From Escherichia coli (GTDB taxonomy: Bacteria; Pseudomonadota; Gammaproteobacteria; Enterobacterales; Enterobacteriaceae): 64,000 nt of DNA. A program made the position numbers and the translations under genes. The DNA lies in the NCBI RefSeq assembly GCF_003334305.1, contig NZ_QOWS01000001.1. One strand, given 5' to 3'. The notes under the pieces are model-generated. The model was not told the origin of the DNA. It ran no database searches and saw only the letters and a list, made by a program, of their open reading frames with translations. Every line of letters begins with the position of its first letter. The stretch's first letter is position 1. Of the stretch, positions 45,808 to 57,632 are shown piece by piece.

Positions 45808-47178
45808 ATGAAAAAATTAACCTGCTTTAAAGCCTATGATATTCGTGGAAAATTAGGCGAAGAACTGAATGAAGATATTGCCTGGCGCATTGGTCGTGCC
45901 TATGGCGAATTTCTCAAACCGAAAACCATTGTGTTAGGCGGTGATGTCCGTCTCACCAGCGAAACCTTAAAACTGGCGCTGGCAAAAGGTTTACAGGATG
46001 CGGGCGTTGATGTGCTGGATATCGGCATGTCCGGCACCGAAGAGATCTATTTCGCCACGTTCCATCTCGGCGTGGATGGCGGTATTGAAGTTACTGCCAG
46101 CCATAATCCGATGGATTACAACGGCATGAAACTGGTGCGCGAAGGGGCTCGCCCGATCAGCGGCGATACCGGACTGCGCGATGTCCAGCGTCTGGCAGAA
46201 GCCAACGACTTTCCTCCCGTTGATGCAACCAAACGCGGTCGCTATCAGCAAATCAATCTGCGTGACGCTTACGTTGATCACCTGTTCGGTTATATCAACG
46301 TCAAAAACCTCACGCCGCTCAAGCTGGTGATCAACTCCGGGAACGGCGCAGCGGGTCCAGTAGTGGACGCCATTGAAGCCCGCTTTAAAGCCCTCGGCGC
46401 GCCCGTGGAATTGATCAAAGAGCACAACACGCCGGACGGTAATTTCCCCAACGGTATTCCTAACCCGCTACTGCCAGAATGCCGCGACGACACCCGCAAT
46501 GCGGTCATCAAACACGGCGCGGATATGGGCATTGCCTTTGACGGTGATTTTGATCGCTGCTTCCTGTTTGACGAAAAAGGGCAGTTTATTGAGGGCTACT
46601 ACATTGTCGGCCTGCTGGCAGAAGCATTCCTCGAAAAAAATCCCGGCGCGAAGATCATCCACGATCCACGTCTCTCCTGGAACACTGTTGATGTGGTGAC
46701 CGCCGCGGGCGGCACGCCGGTAATGTCGAAAACCGGACACGCCTTTATTAAAGAACGTATGCGCAAGGAAGACGCCATCTACGGTGGCGAAATGAGTGCC
46801 CACCATTACTTCCGTGATTTCGCTTACTGCGACAGCGGCATGATCCCGTGGCTGCTGGTAGCCGAACTGGTGTGCCTGAAAGGAAAAACGCTGGGCGAAC
46901 TGGTGCGCGACCGGATGGCGGCATTCCCGGCAAGCGGTGAGATCAACAGCAAACTGGCGCAACCCGTTGAGGCGATTAACCGCGTGGAACAGCATTTTAG
47001 CCGTGAGGCTCTGGCGGTGGATCGCACCGATGGCATCAGCATGACCTTTGCCGACTGGCGCTTTAATCTGCGCACCTCCAATACCGAACCGGTGGTGCGC
47101 CTGAATGTGGAATCGCGCGGTGATGTGCCACTGATGGAAGCGCGAACGCGAACTCTGCTGGCGTTGCTGAACGAGTAA
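45808..47178 (+). CDS. cpsG: Phosphomannomutase
   Basis: 456 aa from ATG at 45808 ([14 protein letters not shown]...); active-site TASHNP; ORF-track start 45760 is a TTG extension. Confidence 0.95.
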   Translation: MKKLTCFKAYDIRGKLGEELNEDIAWRIGRAYGEFLKPKTIVLGGDVRLTSETLKLALAKGLQDAGVDVLDIGMSGTEEIYFATFHLGVDGGIEVTASHNPMDYNGMKLVREGARPISGDTGLRDVQRLAEANDFPPVDATKRGRYQQINLRDAYVDHLFGYINVKNLTPLKLVINSGNGAAGPVVDAIEARFKALGAPVELIKEHNTPDGNFPNGIPNPLLPECRDDTRNAVIKHGADMGIAFDGDFDRCFLFDEKGQFIEGYYIVGLLAEAFLEKNPGAKIIHDPRLSWNTVDVVTAAGGTPVMSKTGHAFIKERMRKEDAIYGGEMSAHHYFRDFAYCDSGMIPWLLVAELVCLKGKTLGELVRDRMAAFPASGEINSKLAQPVEAINRVEQHFSREALAVDRTDGISMTFADWRFNLRTSNTEPVVRLNVESRGDVPLMEARTRTLLALLNE

Positions 47179-47232
47179 TGTCGGATCTTCCCTTACCCCA
47201 TTGCGGGTAAGGGGCTAATAACAGGAACAACG

Positions 47233-48627
47233 ATGACAAATCTAAAAAAGCGCGAGCGAGCGAAAACCAATGCATCGTTAATCTCTATGGTGCAACGCTT
47301 TTCAGATATCACCATCATGTTTGCCGGACTATGGCTGGTTTGCGAAGTGAGCGGACTGTCATTCCTCTACATGCACCTGTTGGTGGCGCTGATTACGCTG
47401 GTGGTGTTCCAGATGCTGGGCGGCATCACCGATTTTTATCGCTCATGGCGCGGTGTTCGGGCAGCGACAGAATTTGCCCTGTTGCTACAAAACTGGACCT
47501 TAAGCGTGATTTTCAGCGCCGGACTGGTGGCGTTCAACAATGATTTCGACACGCAACTGAAAATCTGGCTGGCGTGGTATGGGCTGACCAGCATCGGACT
47601 GGTGGTTTGCCGTTCATGTATTCGCATTGGGGCGGGCTGGCTGCGTAATCATGGCTATAACAAGCGCATGGTCGCGGTGGCGGGGGATTTAGCCGCCGGA
47701 CAAATGCTGATGGAGAGCTTCCGTAATCAGCCGTGGTTAGGGTTTGAAGTGGTGGGCGTTTACCACGACCCGAAACCGGGCGGCGTTTCTAACGACTGGG
47801 CGGGCAATCTGCAACAGCTGGTCGAGGATGCTAAAGCGGGTAAGATTCATAACGTCTATATCGCGATGCAAATGTGCGACGGCGCGCGAGTGAAAAAACT
47901 GGTCCATCAACTGGCGGACACCACCTGTTCGGTGCTGCTGATCCCCGATGTCTTTACCTTCAACATTCTCCATTCACGTCTCGAAGAGATGAACGGCGTT
48001 CCGGTGGTGCCGCTGTATGACACGCCGCTTTCCGGGGTTAACCGCCTGCTAAAACGTGCGGAAGACATTGTGCTGGCGACGCTGATCTTGCTGCTGATCT
48101 CCCCGGTGCTGTGCTGTATTGCGCTGGCGGTGAAACTCAGTTCACCAGGGCCGGTTATTTTCCGCCAGACTCGCTACGGCATGGATGGCAAGCCGATCAA
48201 AGTGTGGAAGTTCCGTTCCATGAAAGTGATGGAGAACGACAAAGTGGTGACCCAGGCGACGCAGAACGATCCGCGCGTCACTAAAGTGGGGAACTTTCTG
48301 CGCCGCACCTCGCTGGATGAACTGCCGCAGTTTATCAATGTGCTGACCGGCGGGATGTCGATTGTCGGTCCGCGTCCGCACGCGGTAGCGCATAACGAAC
48401 AGTATCGCCAGCTCATTGAAGGCTACATGCTGCGCCACAAAGTGAAACCGGGCATTACCGGCTGGGCGCAGATTAATGGCTGGCGCGGCGAAACCGACAC
48501 GCTGGAGAAAATGGAAAAACGCGTCGAGTTCGACCTTGAGTACATCCGCGAATGGAGCGTCTGGTTCGATATCAAAATCGTTTTCCTGACGGTATTCAAA
48601 GGTTTCGTTAACAAAGCGGCATATTGA
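47233..48627 (+). CDS. wcaJ: UDP-glucose:undecaprenyl-phosphate glucose-1-phosphate transferase WcaJ
   Basis: 464 aa; polytopic N-terminus and C-terminal sugar transferase domain. Confidence 0.95.
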   Translation: MTNLKKRERAKTNASLISMVQRFSDITIMFAGLWLVCEVSGLSFLYMHLLVALITLVVFQMLGGITDFYRSWRGVRAATEFALLLQNWTLSVIFSAGLVAFNNDFDTQLKIWLAWYGLTSIGLVVCRSCIRIGAGWLRNHGYNKRMVAVAGDLAAGQMLMESFRNQPWLGFEVVGVYHDPKPGGVSNDWAGNLQQLVEDAKAGKIHNVYIAMQMCDGARVKKLVHQLADTTCSVLLIPDVFTFNILHSRLEEMNGVPVVPLYDTPLSGVNRLLKRAEDIVLATLILLLISPVLCCIALAVKLSSPGPVIFRQTRYGMDGKPIKVWKFRSMKVMENDKVVTQATQNDPRVTKVGNFLRRTSLDELPQFINVLTGGMSIVGPRPHAVAHNEQYRQLIEGYMLRHKVKPGITGWAQINGWRGETDTLEKMEKRVEFDLEYIREWSVWFDIKIVFLTVFKGFVNKAAY

Positions 48628-48628
48628 T

Positions 48629-50107
48629 ATGAGCTTACGTGAAAAAACCATCAGCGGCGCGAAGTGGTCGGCGATTGCCACGGTGATCATCATCGGCCTC
48701 GGGCTGGTGCAGATGACCGTGCTGGCGCGGATTATCGACAACCACCAGTTCGGCCTGCTGACTGTGTCGCTGGTGATTATCGCGCTGGCAGATACGCTTT
48801 CTGACTTCGGTATCGCTAACTCGATTATTCAGCGAAAAGAAATCAGCCACCTTGAACTCACCACGCTGTACTGGCTGAACGTCGGGCTGGGGCTTGTGGT
48901 GTGCGTGGCGGTGTTTTTGTTGAGTGATGCCATTGGCGACGTGCTGAATAACCCGGACCTGGCCCCGTTGATTAAAACATTGTCGCTGGCGTTTGTGGTG
49001 ATCCCCCACGGGCAACAGTTCCGCGCGTTGATGCAGAAGGAGCTGGAGTTCAACAAAATCGGCATGATCGAAACCAGCGCGGTACTGGCGGGCTTCACTT
49101 TTACGGTGGTTAGCGCCCATTTCTGGCCGCTGGCGATGACCGCGATCCTCGGTTATCTGGTCAATAGCGCGGTAAGAACGCTGCTGTTTGGCTACTTTGG
49201 CCGCAAAATTTATCGCCCCGGTCTGCACTTCTCGCTGGCGTCGGTGGCACCGAACTTACGCTTTGGTGCCTGGCTGACGGCGGACAGCATCATCAACTAT
49301 CTCAACACCAACCTTTCAACGCTGGTGCTGGCGCGTATTCTCGGCGCGGGCGTGGCAGGGGGATACAACCTGGCGTACAACGTGGCCGTTGTGCCGCCGA
49401 TGAAGCTGAACCCAATCATCACCCGCGTGTTGTTTCCGGCGTTTGCCAAAATTCAGGACGACACCGAAAAGCTGCGCGTCAACTTCTACAAGCTGCTGTC
49501 GGTGGTGGGGATTATCAACTTTCCGGCGCTGCTCGGGCTGATGGTGGTGTCAAATAACTTTGTACCGCTGGTATTTGGTGAGAAGTGGAGCAGCATTATT
49601 CCGGTGCTGCAATTGCTGTGTATTGTGGGTCTGCTGCGCTCCGTGGGTAACCCGATTGGTTCGCTGCTGATGGCGAAAGCGCGGGTCGATATCAGCTTTA
49701 AATTCAACGTATTCAAAACATTTCTGTTTATTCCGGCGATTGTTATTGGTGGGCAGATGGCCGGCGCAATCGGCGTCACGCTTGGCTTCCTGCTGGTGCA
49801 GATTATCAACACCATTCTGAGTTACTTCGTGATGATTAAACCGGTTCTTGGTTCCAGTTATCGCCAGTACATCCTGAGTTTGTGGCTGCCGTTTTATCTC
49901 TCGCTGCCGACGCTGGTGGTCAGTTATGCGCTGGGTATTGTGCTGAAAGGGCAACTGGCGCTGGGGATGCTGCTGGCGGTGCAAATAGCCGCGGGCGTGC
50001 TGGCGTTTGTGGTGATGATTGTGCTGTCGCGCCATCCGCTGGTGGTGGAAGTGAAGCGTCAGTTTTGTCGCAGCGAAAAAATGAAAATGCTTTTACGGGC
50101 GGGGTGA
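48629..50107 (+). CDS. wzxC: Colanic acid repeat-unit flippase WzxC
   Basis: 492 aa; polytopic MOP-family membrane protein. Confidence 0.9.
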   Translation: MSLREKTISGAKWSAIATVIIIGLGLVQMTVLARIIDNHQFGLLTVSLVIIALADTLSDFGIANSIIQRKEISHLELTTLYWLNVGLGLVVCVAVFLLSDAIGDVLNNPDLAPLIKTLSLAFVVIPHGQQFRALMQKELEFNKIGMIETSAVLAGFTFTVVSAHFWPLAMTAILGYLVNSAVRTLLFGYFGRKIYRPGLHFSLASVAPNLRFGAWLTADSIINYLNTNLSTLVLARILGAGVAGGYNLAYNVAVVPPMKLNPIITRVLFPAFAKIQDDTEKLRVNFYKLLSVVGIINFPALLGLMVVSNNFVPLVFGEKWSSIIPVLQLLCIVGLLRSVGNPIGSLLMAKARVDISFKFNVFKTFLFIPAIVIGGQMAGAIGVTLGFLLVQIINTILSYFVMIKPVLGSSYRQYILSLWLPFYLSLPTLVVSYALGIVLKGQLALGMLLAVQIAAGVLAFVVMIVLSRHPLVVEVKRQFCRSEKMKMLLRAG

Positions 50108-50139
50108 GTTGCTGTTTTCGGTTCCGACAACGGTTGCCG

Positions 50140-50225
50140 GGTGCAGCGTAAAACGCCTTATCCATCCTACGGTTCTGTGCTCGGGACCTGTAGGCCTGAT
50201 AAGACGCGCCAGCGTCGCATCAGGC
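50140..50225. repeat. REP/BIME cluster between wzxC and wcaK
   Basis: GCCTGATAAGACGCGCCAGCGTCGCATCAGGC and flanking units. Confidence 0.6.
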
Positions 50226-50286
50226 AAAAAGCGGCAACGAACACAACAAACACAGCCTCACCTGGCATCAAATTTATGAGGAAAAA

Positions 50287-51567
50287 ATGAAATTACTTAT
50301 TCTGGGCAACCACACTTGCGGCAATCGTGGCGACAGTGCCATCTTGCGCGGCTTACTTGATGCCATCAACATCCTCAATCCACAAGCCGAAGTGGACGTG
50401 ATGAGCCGCTATCCGGTCAGTTCTTCCTGGCTGCTCAACCGCCCGGTAATGGGCGATCCGCTGTTCCTGCAAATGAAACAACACAACAGCGCGGCGGGCG
50501 TTGTCGGGCGCGTTAAAAAAGTCCTCCGTCGCCGCTATCAACACCAGGTATTGCTCTCACGCGTCACCGACACTGGCAAGCTGCGTAATATCGCCATCGC
50601 CCAGGGATTCACCGACTTCGTGCGCATGCTCTCAGGTTACGACGCCATTATTCAGGTCGGCGGATCGTTTTTTGTCGATCTCTACGGCGTGCCACAGTTT
50701 GAACATGCACTTTGCACGTTTATGGCGAAAAAGCCGCTGTTTATGATTGGTCACAGTGTTGGCCCGTTCCAGGATGAGCAATTTAACCAACTGGCGAACT
50801 ATGTTTTTGGTCACTGTGACGCGCTGATCCTGCGCGAATCGGTCAGCCTTGATTTGATGAAACGCAGCAATATCACCACTGCAAAAGTGGAACATGGCGT
50901 CGATACTGCGTGGCTGGTCGATCACCACACCGAAGATTTCACCGCCAGCTATGCCGTCCAACACTGGCTGGACGTTGCCGCACAACAGAAAACGGTGGCA
51001 ATTACCCTGCGCGAACTGGCACCGTTCGACAAACGTCTCGGCACCACTCAACAAGCGTATGAAAAAGCCTTTGCCGGGGTGGTCAATCGCATTCTCGATG
51101 AAGGGTATCAGGTGATTGCGCTCTCCACCTGTACGGGCATCGACAGCTATAACAAAGACGACCGCATGGTGGCGCTTAATCTGCGCCAGCACATCAGCGA
51201 TCCTGCCCGTTACCACGTAGTGATGGATGAACTCAACGATCTGGAAATGGGCAAAATTCTGGAGGCCTGTGAACTCACCGTCGGTACGCGCCTGCACTCT
51301 GCCATTATCTCGATGAATTTCTCCACTCCGGCAATTGCCATCAACTACGAACATAAATCCGCCGGGATTATGCAGCAGCTGGGACTGCCAGAGATGGCGA
51401 TTGATATCCGTCATTTACTGGACGGCAGCCTGCAAGCGATGGTTGCGGATACCTTAGGCCAGCTTCCGGCGCTGAACGCACGACTTAACGAAGCTGTCAG
51501 TCGTGAGCGTCAGACGGGAATGCAGATGGTGCAATCTGTGCTTGAGCGCATCGGGGAGGTGAAATGA
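50287..51567 (+). CDS. wcaK: Colanic acid pyruvyl transferase WcaK
   Basis: 426 aa; matches WcaK. Confidence 0.9.
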   Translation: MKLLILGNHTCGNRGDSAILRGLLDAINILNPQAEVDVMSRYPVSSSWLLNRPVMGDPLFLQMKQHNSAAGVVGRVKKVLRRRYQHQVLLSRVTDTGKLRNIAIAQGFTDFVRMLSGYDAIIQVGGSFFVDLYGVPQFEHALCTFMAKKPLFMIGHSVGPFQDEQFNQLANYVFGHCDALILRESVSLDLMKRSNITTAKVEHGVDTAWLVDHHTEDFTASYAVQHWLDVAAQQKTVAITLRELAPFDKRLGTTQQAYEKAFAGVVNRILDEGYQVIALSTCTGIDSYNKDDRMVALNLRQHISDPARYHVVMDELNDLEMGKILEACELTVGTRLHSAIISMNFSTPAIAINYEHKSAGIMQQLGLPEMAIDIRHLLDGSLQAMVADTLGQLPALNARLNEAVSRERQTGMQMVQSVLERIGEVK

Positions 51568-52784
51568 AGGTCGGCTTCTTTTTACTGAAATTTCCGTTGT
51601 CGTCAGAAACCTTCGTCCTCAATCAAATTACCGCGTTTATTGATATGGGATTTGAGGTGGAGATTGTCGCGCTGCAAAAAGGCGACACACAAAACACCCA
51701 CGCGGCATGGACGAAATACAACCTTGCCGCCAGAACCCGTTGGTTACAGGACGAACCTACGGGCAAAGTGGCGAAGCTGCGCCACCGCGCCAGCCAGACT
51801 TTACGCGGCATTCATCGTAAAAATACCTGGCAGGCGCTCAACCTCAAACGCTATGGTGCCGAGTCGCGGAATCTGATTTTGTCTGCCATTTGCGGTCAGG
51901 TCGCAACACCATTTCATGCCGATGTCTTTATCGCTCATTTTGGCCCTGCGGGGGTAACCGCAGCAAAACTACGCGAACTGGGTGTCATTCGCGGCAAAAT
52001 TGCCACTATTTTTCACGGCATTGATATTTCCAGTCGGGAAGTGCTCAACCATTACACTCCCGAATATCAACAACTGTTTCGACGTGGCGACCTGATGCTA
52101 CCGATAAGCGATCTGTGGGCCGGAAGGCTGCAAAAAATGGGCTGCCCGAGGGAAAAAATCGCCGTATCGCGTATGGGTGTGGACATGACGCGCTTTAGCC
52201 CGCGTCCCGTGAAAGCGCCCGCAACACCGCTGGAGATTATTTCCGTCGCACGCTTAACCGAGAAAAAAGGCCTGCATGTGGCGATTGAAGCCTGCCGTCA
52301 GTTGAAAGAGCAGGGCGTGGCATTTCGCTATCGCATCCTCGGCATTGGCCCGTGGGAAAGACGCCTGCGCACCCTCATCGAACAATATCAACTGGAAGAT
52401 GTGGTGGAGATGCCGGGCTTTAAACCGAGCCATGAAGTGAAAGCGATGCTCGACAACGCGGATGTTTTCTTGTTGCCATCGGTAACGGGTGCGGATGGCG
52501 ATATGGAAGGTATTCCGGTGGCGCTAATGGAAGCGATGGCGGTCGGTATTCCGGTGGTTTCTACTCTGCATAGCGGAATACCGGAACTGGTGGAGGCCGA
52601 TAAATCCGGCTGGCTGGTGCCTGAGAATGATGCTCGCGCACTGGCGCAACGACTGGCGGCGTTTAGCCAACTGGACACCGACGAACTGGCTCCGGTTATC
52701 AAACGTGCTCGCGAAAAAGTCGAACACGATTTTAACCAGCAGGTGATTAACCGAGAACTCGCCAGCTTGTTGCAGGCTTTATAG
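51564..52784 (+). CDS. wcaL: Colanic acid glycosyltransferase WcaL (GT4)
   Basis: 406 aa; ATG overlaps wcaK stop. Confidence 0.9.
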   Translation: MKVGFFLLKFPLSSETFVLNQITAFIDMGFEVEIVALQKGDTQNTHAAWTKYNLAARTRWLQDEPTGKVAKLRHRASQTLRGIHRKNTWQALNLKRYGAESRNLILSAICGQVATPFHADVFIAHFGPAGVTAAKLRELGVIRGKIATIFHGIDISSREVLNHYTPEYQQLFRRGDLMLPISDLWAGRLQKMGCPREKIAVSRMGVDMTRFSPRPVKAPATPLEIISVARLTEKKGLHVAIEACRQLKEQGVAFRYRILGIGPWERRLRTLIEQYQLEDVVEMPGFKPSHEVKAMLDNADVFLLPSVTGADGDMEGIPVALMEAMAVGIPVVSTLHSGIPELVEADKSGWLVPENDARALAQRLAAFSQLDTDELAPVIKRAREKVEHDFNQQVINRELASLLQAL

Positions 52785-52794
52785 AGGAGAACGT

Positions 52795-54189
52795 ATGCCA
52801 TTTAAAAAACTCTCCCGACGCACCTTCCTGACGGCAAGCTCCGCGCTTGCCTTCCTCCATACCCCTTTCGCTCGCGCACTTCCCGCCCGACAAAGCGTTA
52901 ACATTAACGACTACAACCCACACGACTGGATCGCCTCATTTAAACAAGCCTTCGGTGAAGGGCAAACGGTCGTCGTGCCTGCCGGATTGGTTTGCGACAA
53001 TATCAACACCGGCATCTTCATTCCTCCTGGCAAAACGTTACACATCCTTGGAAGCCTGCGCGGCAACGGCAGAGGGCGATTTGTCTTACAGGACGGTAGC
53101 CAGGTGACAGGGGAGGAGGGCGGCAGTATGCATAACATCACCCTGGATGTGCGTGGCTCTGACTGCACCATCAAAGGGCTGGCGATGAGCGGCTTTGGCC
53201 CGGTAACGCAGATTTATATCGGCGGCAAAAACAAACGGGTCATGCGCAACCTGACCATCGATAACCTCACTGTCAGCCACGCTAATTACGCCATCTTACG
53301 CCAGGGATTTCATAACCAGATAATCGGTGCCAACATCACCAATTGTAAGTTCAGCGACTTACAGGGCGATGCCATTGAATGGAACGTGGCGATTAACGAC
53401 CGTGATATTTTGATCTCCGACCATGTCATCGAGCGCATCAACTGTACTAACGGAAAAATCAATTGGGGCATTGGCATAGGCCTTGCGGGGAGTACTTATG
53501 ATAATAATTACCCGGAAGATCAGGCAGTGAAAAACTTTGTCGTGGCGAATATCACGGGATCGGATTGTCGGCAGTTGATCCATGTTGAAAATGGTAAACA
53601 TTTTGTTATTCGTAATATCAAAGCCCGCAATATCACGCCGGATTTCAGTAAGAAAGCAGGTATTGATAACGCCACAGTCGCTATTTACGGTTGTGACAAT
53701 TTCGTGATTGATAATATTGAAATGATTAATAGCGCCGGGATGTTAATCGGCTATGGGGTAATTAAAGGCAAATATCTCTCGATACCGCAAAATTTCCGAG
53801 TGAATAATATTCAACTGGATAATACCCACCTTGCTTACAAATTGCGCGGTATCCAAATCTCCGCCGGGAATGCTGTCTCCTTTGTGGCGCTGACTAACAT
53901 TGAGATGAAGCGTGCGTCGCTTGAGCTACACAATAAACCGCAACACCTTTTTATGCGAAATATCAAGGTGATGCAGGAATCCTCTGTTGGACCAGCATTG
54001 AGCATGAACTTCGACATGCGCAAAGACGTTCGCGGCGTTTTTATGGCAAAGCGTGAAACGCTGCTTTCACTCACGAATATTCATGCCGTGAATGAAAAAG
54101 GGCAAAGCTCCGTCGATATCGACAGGATTAATCACCATATTGTTAATGTGGAAAAGATTAACTTTAGATTGCCGGAACGGAGGGAGTAG
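52795..54189 (+). CDS. wcaM: Colanic acid biosynthesis protein WcaM (secreted, beta-helix-like)
   Basis: 464 aa; Tat/Sec-like N-terminus ([13 protein letters not shown]). Confidence 0.9.
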   Translation: MPFKKLSRRTFLTASSALAFLHTPFARALPARQSVNINDYNPHDWIASFKQAFGEGQTVVVPAGLVCDNINTGIFIPPGKTLHILGSLRGNGRGRFVLQDGSQVTGEEGGSMHNITLDVRGSDCTIKGLAMSGFGPVTQIYIGGKNKRVMRNLTIDNLTVSHANYAILRQGFHNQIIGANITNCKFSDLQGDAIEWNVAINDRDILISDHVIERINCTNGKINWGIGIGLAGSTYDNNYPEDQAVKNFVVANITGSDCRQLIHVENGKHFVIRNIKARNITPDFSKKAGIDNATVAIYGCDNFVIDNIEMINSAGMLIGYGVIKGKYLSIPQNFRVNNIQLDNTHLAYKLRGIQISAGNAVSFVALTNIEMKRASLELHNKPQHLFMRNIKVMQESSVGPALSMNFDMRKDVRGVFMAKRETLLSLTNIHAVNEKGQSSVDIDRINHHIVNVEKINFRLPERRE

Positions 54190-54346
54190 ATTTGCGACCA
54201 TTCATAAACTTACTGGATATAATGTTCTAAAAGATTATAATCCTTACGCTAACTGTTAAAGCTGGGGCTGGGCAGCATTGACTACTCAGGGAAGGTACTC
54301 ATCTTTATCTTGTGTTTCTTACGTAACAACCAGACTAAAGTGATTT

Positions 54347-55342
54347 ATGAACGATAACGTTTTGCTCATAGGAGCTTCCGGATTCGTAGGAACCCGACTA
54401 CTTGAAACGGCAATTGCTGACTTTAATATCAAGAACCTGGACAAACAGCAGAGCCATTTTTATCCAGAAATTACACAGATTGGCGATGTTCGCGATCAAC
54501 AGGCACTCGACCAGGCGTTAGCTGGTTTTGACACTGTTGTACTGCTGGCAGCGGAACATCGCGATGATGTCAGCCCTACTTCTCTCTATTATGATGTCAA
54601 TGTTCAGGGTACCCGCAACGTGCTGGCAGCCATGGAAAAAAATGGCGTTAAAAATATCATCTTTACCAGTTCCGTTGCTGTTTATGGTTTGAACAAACAC
54701 AATCCTGACGAAAACCATCCACACGATCCTTTCAACCACTACGGCAAAAGTAAGTGGCAGGCAGAGGAAGTGCTGCGTGAATGGTATAACAAAGCACCAA
54801 CAGAACGTTCATTAACTATCATCCGTCCTACCGTTATCTTCGGTGAACGCAACCGCGGTAACGTCTATAACTTGCTGAAACAGATCGCTGGCGGCAAGTT
54901 TATGATGGTGGGTGCAGGAACTAACTATAAGTCCATGGCTTATGTTGGAAACATTGTTGAGTTTATCAAGTACAAACTGAAGAATGTTGCCGCAGGTTAT
55001 GAGGTTTATAACTACGTTGATAAGCCAGATCTGAACATGAACCAGTTGGTTGCGGAAGTTGAACAAAGCCTGAACAAAAAGATCCCTTCTATGCACTTGC
55101 CTTACCCACTAGGAATGCTGGGTGGATATTGCTTTGATATCCTGAGCAAAATTACGGGCAAAAAATACGCAGTCAGCTCTGTGCGCGTGAAAAAATTCTG
55201 CGCAACAACACAGTTTGACGCAACGAAAGTGCATTCTTCAGGTTTTGTGGCACCGTATACGCTGTCGCAAGGTCTGGATCGAACTCTGCAGTATGAATTC
55301 GTCCATGCCAAAAAAGACGACATAACGTTTGTTTCTGAGTAA
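54347..55342 (+). CDS. gne: NAD-dependent sugar 4-epimerase (Gne-like UDP-GlcNAc/UDP-GalNAc 4-epimerase), SDR family
   Basis: 331 aa; Rossmann motif GASGFVGTRL, catalytic YxxxK (YGKSK); located between wcaM and galF. Confidence 0.8.
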   Translation: MNDNVLLIGASGFVGTRLLETAIADFNIKNLDKQQSHFYPEITQIGDVRDQQALDQALAGFDTVVLLAAEHRDDVSPTSLYYDVNVQGTRNVLAAMEKNGVKNIIFTSSVAVYGLNKHNPDENHPHDPFNHYGKSKWQAEEVLREWYNKAPTERSLTIIRPTVIFGERNRGNVYNLLKQIAGGKFMMVGAGTNYKSMAYVGNIVEFIKYKLKNVAAGYEVYNYVDKPDLNMNQLVAEVEQSLNKKIPSMHLPYPLGMLGGYCFDILSKITGKKYAVSSVRVKKFCATTQFDATKVHSSGFVAPYTLSQGLDRTLQYEFVHAKKDDITFVSE

Positions 55343-55584
55343 TGCAGGCGAGTCAGAGAAAAAAGGACCAGGTTGGACTACGATTATTCGGAAAGAGGTA
55401 CTGATTAAATTATCAGTATGCGGAATTCCGAGTAATCCGAGTAACCCAGATGCTGATGGTGTGTAGTGTTATCGTAAGGTTTAATCAAAGTTATGCGGAA
55501 CTAAGCTTTGGTATATAGCCATAACGTTTGGCTAACCAATGGCAATAATTTACGCACTATCAGCCACTTAGAGGTAGGAAAAGA

Positions 55585-56478
55585 ATGACGAATTTAAAAG
55601 CAGTTATACCGGTAGCAGGTCTTGGGATGCATATGTTGCCTGCCACTAAGGCGATTCCCAAAGAGATGCTACCGATCGTCGACAAGCCAATGATTCAGTA
55701 CATTGTTGACGAGATTGTGGCTGCAGGGATCAAAGAAATCCTCCTGGTAACTCACGCGTCCAAGAACGCGGTCGAAAACCACTTCGACACCTCTTATGAA
55801 TTAGAATCTCTCCTTGAACAGCGCGTGAAGCGTCAACTGCTGGCGGAAGTGCAGTCGATCTGTCCACCGGGAGTGACCATTATGAACGTGCGTCAGGGCG
55901 AACCTTTAGGTTTGGGCCACTCCATTTTGTGTGCGCGACCTGCCATTGGTGACAACCCATTTGTCGTGGTACTGCCAGACGTAGTGATCGACGACGCCAG
56001 CGCCGACCCGCTGCGCTACAACCTAGCTGCCATGATTGCGCGCTTCAATGAAACGGGACGCAGCCAGGTGCTGGCAAAACGTATGCCGGGTGATCTCTCT
56101 GAATACTCCGTCATTCAGACCAAAGAACCGCTGGATCGCGAAGGTAAAGTCAGCCGCATTGTTGAATTCATCGAAAAACCGGATCAGCCACAAACGCTGG
56201 ACTCAGACATCATGGCCGTTGGTCGCTATGTGCTTTCTGCCGATATTTGGCCGGAACTTGAACGCACTCAACCTGGTGCATGGGGGCGTATTCAACTGAC
56301 TGATGCCATTGCTGAACTGGCGAAAAAACAGTCCGTTGATGCAATGCTGATGACTGGTGAAAGCTACGACTGCGGTAAAAAAATGGGCTATATGCAGGCG
56401 TTTGTGAAGTATGGCTTACGCAACCTGAAAGAAGGGGCGAAGTTCCGTAAAGGGATTGAGAAGCTGTTAAGCGAATAA
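55585..56478 (+). CDS. galF: UTP-glucose-1-phosphate uridylyltransferase regulatory paralog GalF
   Basis: 297 aa; matches GalF. Confidence 0.95.
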   Translation: MTNLKAVIPVAGLGMHMLPATKAIPKEMLPIVDKPMIQYIVDEIVAAGIKEILLVTHASKNAVENHFDTSYELESLLEQRVKRQLLAEVQSICPPGVTIMNVRQGEPLGLGHSILCARPAIGDNPFVVVLPDVVIDDASADPLRYNLAAMIARFNETGRSQVLAKRMPGDLSEYSVIQTKEPLDREGKVSRIVEFIEKPDQPQTLDSDIMAVGRYVLSADIWPELERTQPGAWGRIQLTDAIAELAKKQSVDAMLMTGESYDCGKKMGYMQAFVKYGLRNLKEGAKFRKGIEKLLSE

Positions 56479-56736
56479 TGAAAATCTGACCGGATGTAAC
56501 GGTTGATAAGAAAATTATAACGGCAGTGAGGGTTCGTGGCGAAAGTAATTTGTTGCGAATATTCCTGCCGTTGTTTTATATAAACAATCAGAGTAACAAC
56601 GAGTTAGCAATAGGATTTTAATCAAAGTTTTCCAGGATTTTCCTTGTTTCCAGAGCTGATTGGTAAGACAATTAGCGTTTGAATTTTTCGGGTTTAGCGC
56701 GAGTGGGTAATGCTCGTCACATCGTAGGCATGCATG

Positions 56737-56775
56737 CAGTGCTCTGGTAGCTGTAAAGCCAGGGGCGGTAGCTTG
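56737..56775 (+). promoter_or_regulatory. JUMPstart element with ops-like site (GGCGGTAGCTTG) ahead of the O-antigen cluster
   Basis: CAGTGCTCTGGTAGCTGTAAAGCCAGGGGCGGTAGCTTG; near-identical to the wza JUMPstart at 31154. Confidence 0.7.
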
Positions 56776-56785
56776 GTAAAAAATC

Positions 56786-57631
56786 ATGATAAATGTAAGA
56801 AAAATAGCAAAATTAATTATTGGCGATAATTTGTATTGGAAGTTGAAGTTTTTTTATGCCACTAAAAAATGGCCTAATATTTATGATCCAACTTTTTTTA
56901 ATGAAAAAGTTCGCTGGCGAATGCTGCACGACCAAAATTATCTTTATGTTAAATGCGCTGATAAGTATGAGGTCAGGAACTATATTGAGAAAAAAATTGG
57001 CAGTGAATATTTAGTTCCGCTTCGTTATATGTTTACTAATAATGATGATATTACTGATAAATGTATTCTGAGTAATAGTGTAGCAAAGTCTAACCATGGT
57101 GCAGGTATGATAGAGTTCATTCCTGAGACGTATTCATTAAGCGAGTTGAAGAATACTTTTGGAAAATGGCTAAATCTTGACTATACCTCCGAGTCCAATG
57201 AAAAACATTATAGTAGGATTCCGAGAAAAATTCTTATTGAAGAGTCTTTGTGTAAGGAGGGAAAACCTCCTGTCGATTATAAATTTCATACATTTAAACA
57301 AGCAGATGGTTCATTTCGTTTTGTTCTTCAGTTGGTAAATGGTCGGTTTCATAATGAATCAAGAGGTTATTATCTGGAGGATCTTAATAAATGCATATGG
57401 TCTCATGGTGAAGGTTTTCATTCTATTCCACAAGAGCATATAAAACCTTTAAAAAAGGCTATGGAATTGTCATCAATTCTATGTGAAGATTTTAATTACG
57501 TACGAGTTGATTGGTATATCTATGATAATAAGCTTTATTTTGGTGAATTAACCTTTACACCTGGTGCTGGAAGTTCATATGAATTTGGTAATGAGCTTGA
57601 AAAATTAATGGCCAAATATTGGCAGTTGTAA
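56786..57631 (+). CDS. TupA-like ATP-grasp family protein (first gene of the O-antigen cluster; function unclear)
   Basis: 281 aa; N-terminal FFNEKVRW...DKYEVRNYI and C-terminal VDWYIYDNKLYFGELTFTPGAGSS patterns typical of the TupA-like ATP-grasp family; low GC. Confidence 0.6.
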   Translation: MINVRKIAKLIIGDNLYWKLKFFYATKKWPNIYDPTFFNEKVRWRMLHDQNYLYVKCADKYEVRNYIEKKIGSEYLVPLRYMFTNNDDITDKCILSNSVAKSNHGAGMIEFIPETYSLSELKNTFGKWLNLDYTSESNEKHYSRIPRKILIEESLCKEGKPPVDYKFHTFKQADGSFRFVLQLVNGRFHNESRGYYLEDLNKCIWSHGEGFHSIPQEHIKPLKKAMELSSILCEDFNYVRVDWYIYDNKLYFGELTFTPGAGSSYEFGNELEKLMAKYWQL

Positions 57632-57632
57632 A

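Noticed and set aside
50632-51414. 260-aa ORF antisense to wcaK
   Set aside because: Nested opposite a conserved gene; no supporting features.
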